Positions 25,149 to 31,504 of a stretch of DNA of 31,504 bases are shown here, one piece after another. Made by a program: the position numbers and the translations under genes. Location: the NCBI GenBank assembly GCA_044867565.1, contig JBIOVE010000151.1, forward strand, positions 1 to 31,504, given 5' to 3'. Source of the stretch: Candidatus Udaeobacter sp. Lineage in GTDB: Bacteria > Verrucomicrobiota > Verrucomicrobiia > Chthoniobacterales > UBA10450. Numbering within the stretch: position 1 is the first letter of the stretch; the number at the start of each line of letters is the position of its first letter. The notes beneath the pieces are model-generated. The model searched no databases. It had not been told where the DNA came from and was given only the letters and a program-made list of their open reading frames with translations.

Positions 25149-27839
25149 TCACGAAACGCTGCGCGCAAGTTCCGCTACGTCATCGTATAAAGCGCTCGCG
25201 ATCCGCTCGCGTGCTTCCTTGCCGCCTCCTCCGCGCTTCAGTTCGCCCGCATCCAGCGGCTTGCCGAATACCACACCGATCGCATGCGGCCGGGGAAAGA
25301 ACTTCCCCGGTGGCAAGGCTTCGCGCGTGCCATGAACGAAAACCGGAATCACGTGTGTGGGAAAATGTTCCAATAACATTCCGATGCCCGGCTTGAATTC
25401 TTGTAACCCGCCGCTGGCCGACAGTTCGCCCTCCGGAAACCAAACCAGATTCTTTTTGTTTTTCAGGATGATCGCGCCAAAGGCCAGACTCGAGCGCGCA
25501 GCGCGCATGGGCTCAATTGGCAAGATTTTGCCTAGCCGGCTGAGAAAACGCATCACTGGATTCGCAAAGGCCACGCCTGTCCAACCAGCCCAATAGGTTT
25601 TGCGCAACTGGTTCCAGTCGAGGAGCGCAGCAATCGCAAACGGATCGAGATAACTGACGTGGTTGGGTGTCATCACAAATTGTCGATCTTCCGGCAAATT
25701 CTCCAGCCCTTCGGCGCGCAGGTGGAAAATCCAGCGCATCAACATGCGATTCACGGCATAGAGAAAGCGTGCAGTCGTGGCGGCGATCGGGCCGAGGGGT
25801 TGGAGCCACTGTTTTTGTTTCTCGTCGAGAGCCTTATCGGGTTTTTCCAGTGGATCGAGCGCTTGACCTTCGCCTCCCTCGGTCACTTCGCGCAGAAGAT
25901 CGCGCACAGTCTCGGTGCGCGCGATCGCGTCATCGGTCAATTCCACTCCGCTGGATTCGGAAATTTCGAGTGTCAGATTCAGCCATTCGAGTGAGTCGAT
26001 TCCGAGATCGAACTGCGGGCTTGTGTCCGGCGTCAACCGCTTGTCGCGATACCGCCGCGCGAGCAATTCCCAAACAGATTGAGCCGCGGGATCCTCCAGC
26101 AGCGCGCGATCTTCACCCGACATTTCTTCGACCGACATCGGTCCCGCCTTGGGAGCTTTTTCGCCGCCTTCTTTCGCCTGCTCGTAGCGCTCTTCGAGGT
26201 GATGACGCTGGATTTTACCGAGCCGCGTGCGCGGCAAAGCATCGGACGTGAGCGCTTAGTCGGAAATGCGCTGATAACTCGGCAAGCGCTTCGAAGCTGT
26301 CTCGACCGCCTTGCGAACGGCGTCCTTTGTTTCGTCGCTGCGACCGGCTTGTTTGGGCACAATGACCGCCACAAGTTTGCCTTTTTTTCCGAGCACGCCG
26401 ATCTCACGAATCGCGGACTCCTCGGCATACGCCGCCTCGACATCCTCGGTCTGAATTTTCTCTCCGCTTTCGGTTTTGATCAGCGTTGAGATGCGGCCGA
26501 GGACGTGAAGCTTATCGTCATCATCAAAATAACCAATGTCACCAGTGCGAAACCATCGATCCTCGGTGAAAACCTCTTTCGTCTTATCTTCGAGATTCCG
26601 GTACCCGGCAAAGACATTCGGCCCGCGCGCCAGAATTTCGCCGACCTCGTGTCCGTTCATGCGTTCTTCCTTTTCAAGCGCGCCCGGATCGACGCGAATC
26701 TTCACGCAAGGGAACGGTTTTCCCACGCTGTCTCGTCGCGCTTTCCCCGGCAGGTTCAGCGCGAGCAGGGGCGAAGTCTCAGTGAGACCATAGCCGATGG
26801 CAACTTGCCAACCCAGCGCTTCGAGTTTCGAAGCCAGATCGGGATCAAGCGCCGCGCCGCCGGAAGCGAGCAGCCGAAGTTTCTCGCCAAAACGTTTGTG
26901 CAACGAACGAAACAACAATTTGCCGACACGCAGGCCCAGCCACTTTTGCGCAAACGCGCTTCCGGCAAGAAGGACAGTGAACAATCCGCGCGCAATCCAG
27001 CCGGAAGATTCCACTCTCGATTCGATGCCGGAATAAAGCGCGCTGTAGAGCCGCGGCACACCGACAATTGCCGTCACTTCGCCTTCTCGCAACGCGCGCA
27101 GCAACTGCTGGCCGCTCAACGAAAATGGCAGAACCAACGGCAGGCCGAGGACTAACGGGCCCAGCATTCCGATCACAAACGGATACACGTGATGCAGCGG
27201 GAGCGGGAGCAACGCGCGATCCTCGCCGGTCATGACGTTCATCTCGACGATCGCATCGAGCTGCGAGGCGATGTTGCAGTGACTCAGCGGCACGCCTTTG
27301 GGCGGCCCAGTTGTTCCCGATGTGTAAAACAACACCGCTTCGTCGTCAGGACTGGCCGTCGGAAGTTCTGTTGGCTCATCGTTGAGAAATCGCTCCCAAC
27401 TCCGCTCATCGTCATTGGAGTTAGCATCGAGCAGGATAAGTTTTGGCTTTTCTTTGAGATCAAGTTTCTCGATCCGTTCTGCTCGCTGCTTCGTCGTGAT
27501 GACCCCGCGCGCGTGGCTGTCACGCAAAACGTGCACGAGAGTTTTGGCTCCAAGCTGGATGTCTAGCGGCACAGCCACGGCGCTCGCGCGAATGATTCCC
27601 AATGCGGCCGCGATCCATTCCGGGCGGTTTTCCGCGAAGAGCGCAACGGTATCCCCGCGTTTAAAACCGTTCTCGACGAGCCCGTTCGCGAAAGATCGCG
27701 CATAGCTTGCGAGCTTTTCAAAAGACCAGCGATCTTGATCTTTCTTGCCCATGGCCAGTAACGCCGAGTCCTCGCCACGCTCGCTTAACGAGTCCACAAC
27801 CAACTGCAACGTTCGTACCGATGTCATTGCTTCCAGCAA
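25149..27839 (-). pseudogene. Long-chain acyl-CoA synthetase + acyl carrier domain + PlsC acyltransferase fusion, interrupted by one in-frame TAA at 26256-26258
   Basis: The two track ORFs share a frame: ...YQRISD*ALTSDALPRTRLGKI.... Motifs YTSGTTGPPKG, GYGLTE, RTGDIG, ACP motif LGIDSL, NHVSYLD and FPEG are all present. Confidence 0.85.
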
Positions 27840-27892
27840 CTTAGCATTCGGCTGCGCACGCGCGATCTGATGGCGAGGGGCGATTTAAGGAC

Positions 27893-28318
27893 ATGAACAG
27901 AAAAGCTTCCGCTGTCTGGCAGGGCGACCTCAAAGATGGCCGCGGTACAGTTTCCACTGAGAGCGGCGTGCTCTCCAACGCTGCGTATTCTTTTGGCACG
28001 CGTTTCGAGAACGAAAAGGGAACCAACCCCGAGGAACTCGTCGGCGCGGCGCAGGCGGGATGTTTCTCGATGGCGCTCTCCGCGCAACTGGGCGAAGCCG
28101 GCCTCAAGCCCGAGCGCATCGAGACCACAGCCACGGTTACGCTGGAGAAAGTGTCCGAAGGTTTTGCTGTCACTGCCGTGCATCTCGACGTGAGCGCCAC
28201 CATTCCCGGCGCCGATGAGGCCAAGTTCCAAGCCTCCGCGACCAAAGCGAAGGAAGGCTGCCCGATTTCAAAGCTGTTCAACGCGAAAATCACCATGCAG
28301 ACACGGTTGAACGCGTGA
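27893..28318 (+). CDS. osmC: OsmC family peroxiredoxin
   Basis: MNRKASAVWQGDLKDGRG, GTNPEELVGAAQAGCFSMAL, AKEGCPISK (two Cys). Confidence 0.93.
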   Translation: MNRKASAVWQGDLKDGRGTVSTESGVLSNAAYSFGTRFENEKGTNPEELVGAAQAGCFSMALSAQLGEAGLKPERIETTATVTLEKVSEGFAVTAVHLDVSATIPGADEAKFQASATKAKEGCPISKLFNAKITMQTRLNA

Positions 28319-28437
28319 TGGTATTCGGACGCTCATCTCTTCCATTCCAGCACTTGATCGGAAATTCCGGCTGGATTTCATGCGCCTGCGCGCGTTGCGC
28401 GTAGTCGCGAATGCAGCAGGGAAATTGGTTTCGGTTA

Positions 28438-28479
28438 GCAGCCTATGCTCCCCAATCCGTGGAATCCGCGCTATCTGCG
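28438..28479. repeat. Half REP plus 9-nt periodic repeat downstream of rplK
   Basis: rc of 28438-28453, GGGGAGCATAGGCTGC, matches 545-560 at 15/16; followed by AATCCGTGG AATCCGCGC TATCTGCG. Confidence 0.65.
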
Positions 28480-28486
28480 ATGGAAT

Positions 28487-28912
28487 TTAATCGACGATTT
28501 CGAGGCCCATTTGGCGGGCGGTGCCGGCGATGATGCGGAACGCGGCTTCGTCGTTACGCGCGTTCAGGTCCTTGGATTTTGTTTTCACGATGTCCATAAC
28601 TTGTTTGCGCGTGACTTTGCCGACTTTAGTTTTGTTCGGTTCTTTCGATCCGGCGGCGATGTTCGCCGCTTTTTTTAGCAGAACGGCGGCAGGCGGGCTC
28701 TTCGTGATGAAGGTGAACGACTTGTCTTTAAAGACGGTGATCACGACTGGCAAAATGTCGCCCGCTTGCTTCTGCGTGGCGGCGTTAAATTCCTTGCAGA
28801 ACGCCATGATGTTCACGCCACGCGGTCCCAACGCCGTTCCCACCGGAGGAGCTGGGTTTGCCTGAGCCGCAGGGATTTGGAGCTTTATCTGTGCAACAAC
28901 TTCCTTAGCCAT
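28487..28912 (-). CDS. rplK: 50S ribosomal protein L11
   Basis: [50 protein letters not shown]. Confidence 0.98.
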   Translation of the reverse strand: MAKEVVAQIKLQIPAAQANPAPPVGTALGPRGVNIMAFCKEFNAATQKQAGDILPVVITVFKDKSFTFITKSPPAAVLLKKAANIAAGSKEPNKTKVGKVTRKQVMDIVKTKSKDLNARNDEAAFRIIAGTARQMGLEIVD

Positions 28913-28942
28913 TGTATTTCGTTAAATCATTGAATCGGAAGA

Positions 28943-29512
28943 TCAACCCCGTTCGACTTGCCAGTATTCCAGTTCGACGGGCGTGGCGCGGCCGAAAATC
29001 GTGACGGAGACGCGCAGTTTGCCCCGCTCCGGGTCGATTTCTTCGACGATGCCAGTCTGGTTTTGGAACGGGCCGTCGGCGACTTTCACGCTTTCGCCGA
29101 CTTCGAATGAAACTTTCGGTTTCACCTTTTCTTCGCGCTCTTTCATTTGCGCGAGCATGCTGTCAACTTCCGATTGTCGCATCGGGATCGGTTTGTCTTT
29201 TGTGCCGGCAAACCCAATCACGCCGGGTGTGTCGCGAACGAAATACCAGGTGCGCCCGACAAGCTGATTGTTTTCATCGAGCAGGTGCATGTTGACGATC
29301 AGATAACCGGGGAAAAATTTGCGCGTCGTCTCGCTCTTCTTACCTTTCTTGATTTCCGAGACGCGCTCAGTCGGGACGAGCACTTCGTAAATCAAGTCGC
29401 TCATTTCCTCGGTCTTGACGCGTTTCATGATGTTCTCGCGCACTTTGTTTTCCTGTCCGGAAAGCACGTGCACGACGTACCATTGATCCTTTCCTGCGAG
29501 TGTTTGCGCCAT
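28943..29512 (-). CDS. nusG: Transcription termination/antitermination factor NusG
   Basis: WYVVHVLSGQE, FFPGYLIV, KOW motif VADGPF, IFGRATPVEL. Confidence 0.97.
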   Translation of the reverse strand: MAQTLAGKDQWYVVHVLSGQENKVRENIMKRVKTEEMSDLIYEVLVPTERVSEIKKGKKSETTRKFFPGYLIVNMHLLDENNQLVGRTWYFVRDTPGVIGFAGTKDKPIPMRQSEVDSMLAQMKEREEKVKPKVSFEVGESVKVADGPFQNQTGIVEEIDPERGKLRVSVTIFGRATPVELEYWQVERG

Positions 29513-29515
29513 AAA

Positions 29516-29734
29516 TCAGTGCAATCGGGTGAAAAAGTGGACAAAGTTCACGAGGACGAAATCGAAGAGCGCGACGTAACCGCCGAGCAGCAACATCGCG
29601 ATGATGACGACCCATGTTGAATCAATCAGCTCTTTGTAGCGGCGGAAACCTCGTTCCTTCGGGTCCCACGGCCAGGAAGCTTTCTGCAACTCGACCTTAA
29701 CTTCGTTGAAGAAGTTTTTCGCTCTGGTAATCAT
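29516..29734 (-). CDS. secE: Preprotein translocase subunit SecE
   Basis: ELQKASWP motif, single C-terminal TM helix, canonical position upstream of nusG. Confidence 0.93.
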   Translation of the reverse strand: MITRAKNFFNEVKVELQKASWPWDPKERGFRRYKELIDSTWVVIIAMLLLGGYVALFDFVLVNFVHFFTRLH

Positions 29735-29736
29735 GG

Positions 29737-29763
29737 GAGTTCGATGTTCAATGTTTTGGTGTT
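29737..29763. repeat. 7-nt periodic repeat (rc AACACCA AAACATT GAACATC)
   Basis: Between tRNA-Trp and secE; resembles the 4214 family. Confidence 0.55.
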
Positions 29764-29774
29764 TCTCTCAAAAT

Positions 29775-29847
29775 CACGCCAGGAGGGACTCGAACCCCCA
29801 ACCGACGGTTTTGGAGACCGCTACTCTACCAATTGAGCTACTGGCGT
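29775..29847 (-). tRNA. trnW: tRNA-Trp (CCA)
   Basis: 73 nt; acceptor stem ACGCCAG/CTGGCGT, D-arm TAGCTCAATTGGTAGAG, anticodon loop CT-CCA-AA, T-loop TTCGAGT; 3' CCA not encoded. Confidence 0.96.
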
Positions 29848-29858
29848 ATTTTCGCTGC

Positions 29859-29924
29859 TGCTCGTGCTCGTAATCCTAATCGTAACCGGTCCCCCGATCA
29901 CGAGCAGGAGCACGATTATGGACG
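29859..29924. repeat. 6-nt periodic inverted element (CTCGTG/ATCGTA type)
   Basis: CTCGTG CTCGTA ATCCTA ATCGTA is inverted against GATCACGAGCAGGAGCACGATTATGGACG; lies between tuf and tRNA-Trp. Confidence 0.75.
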
Positions 29925-29927
29925 AAT

Positions 29928-31112
<1,185 letters not shown>

Positions 31113-31192
31113 TTCAATTCTCCTGGTTAACTAACTGTCTCTTTTCCCGTCAATACTGCACCGATCTACTGCCGGTCCCGAGCTCATTCTCG

Positions 31193-31265
<73 letters not shown>

Positions 31266-31399
31266 CGCTCTTCCCCCGAATGCTTCCGGGGGACGACCCG
31301 GCTTTCACCTTCGACCAGAGAGTCAAAAGTCCCAAAGCCGCGTCAAATTTGCAATTTGAACGACCAAGGGACCTCCTCGTTCCAGCAAAAAGCGTCCGC

Positions 31400-31427
31400 A
31401 AGCTAACCGCGCGCGTTGGTGTGTCAA
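31400..31427 (-). promoter_or_regulatory. Candidate sigma70 promoter for the thrT-tuf-trpT-secE-nusG-rplK operon
   Basis: Minus strand TTGACA-N16-TAGCTT, about 135 bp upstream of tRNA-Thr. Confidence 0.45.
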
Positions 31428-31432
31428 AGAAA

Positions 31433-31456
31433 TTTTGGACTGCGCGGACATGTCCG
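31433..31456. repeat. REP copy of the 10324 family
   Basis: TTTTGGACTGCGCGGACATGTCCG matches the rc of 10361-10384 at 23/24. Confidence 0.8.
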
Positions 31457-31504
31457 AAAGCCTGGCGCGCCGTAGAGTGCACCGTCTCAAGCCCACCGGG
31501 ATTT

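Overview
A gene-dense bacterial window, moderately GC-rich by eye. The EF-Tu, NusG and L11 sequences look most like Verrucomicrobiota (Chthoniobacterales/'Ca. Udaeobacter'-like); this is an impression from the proteins, not a database result. The right end is core genome on the minus strand: tRNA-Thr(GGT), tuf, tRNA-Trp(CCA), secE, nusG, rplK, with rplA unexpectedly not following rplK. The remaining ~27 kb is a stress, dormancy and repair neighbourhood. It holds an RNA-repair set (rtcA + THEP1/NTPCR-type NTPase + Mth938/AAMDC protein; rtcB + COG0523 GTPase + archease), an archaemetzincin, a CapA-like metallophosphoesterase, an APH-like/P-loop kinase, divergent otsB/otsA, ppsA, two DNA glycosylases, a ferritin-like protein, a Fet4-like permease, a Cys/His-rich metallothionein-like protein, YbaK, NfeD-stomatin, DegQ and OsmC. 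An acyl-CoA synthetase-ACP-acyltransferase fusion is broken by a single in-frame TAA. A membrane-protein gene missing from the ORF track runs off the left edge. About 20 REP-like palindromes and short-period (6/7/9-nt) inverted repeat elements from several families fill the gene junctions. Several supply stop codons, and one appears to sit in frame inside a protein. All product calls rest on motif recognition by eye; no searches were run.
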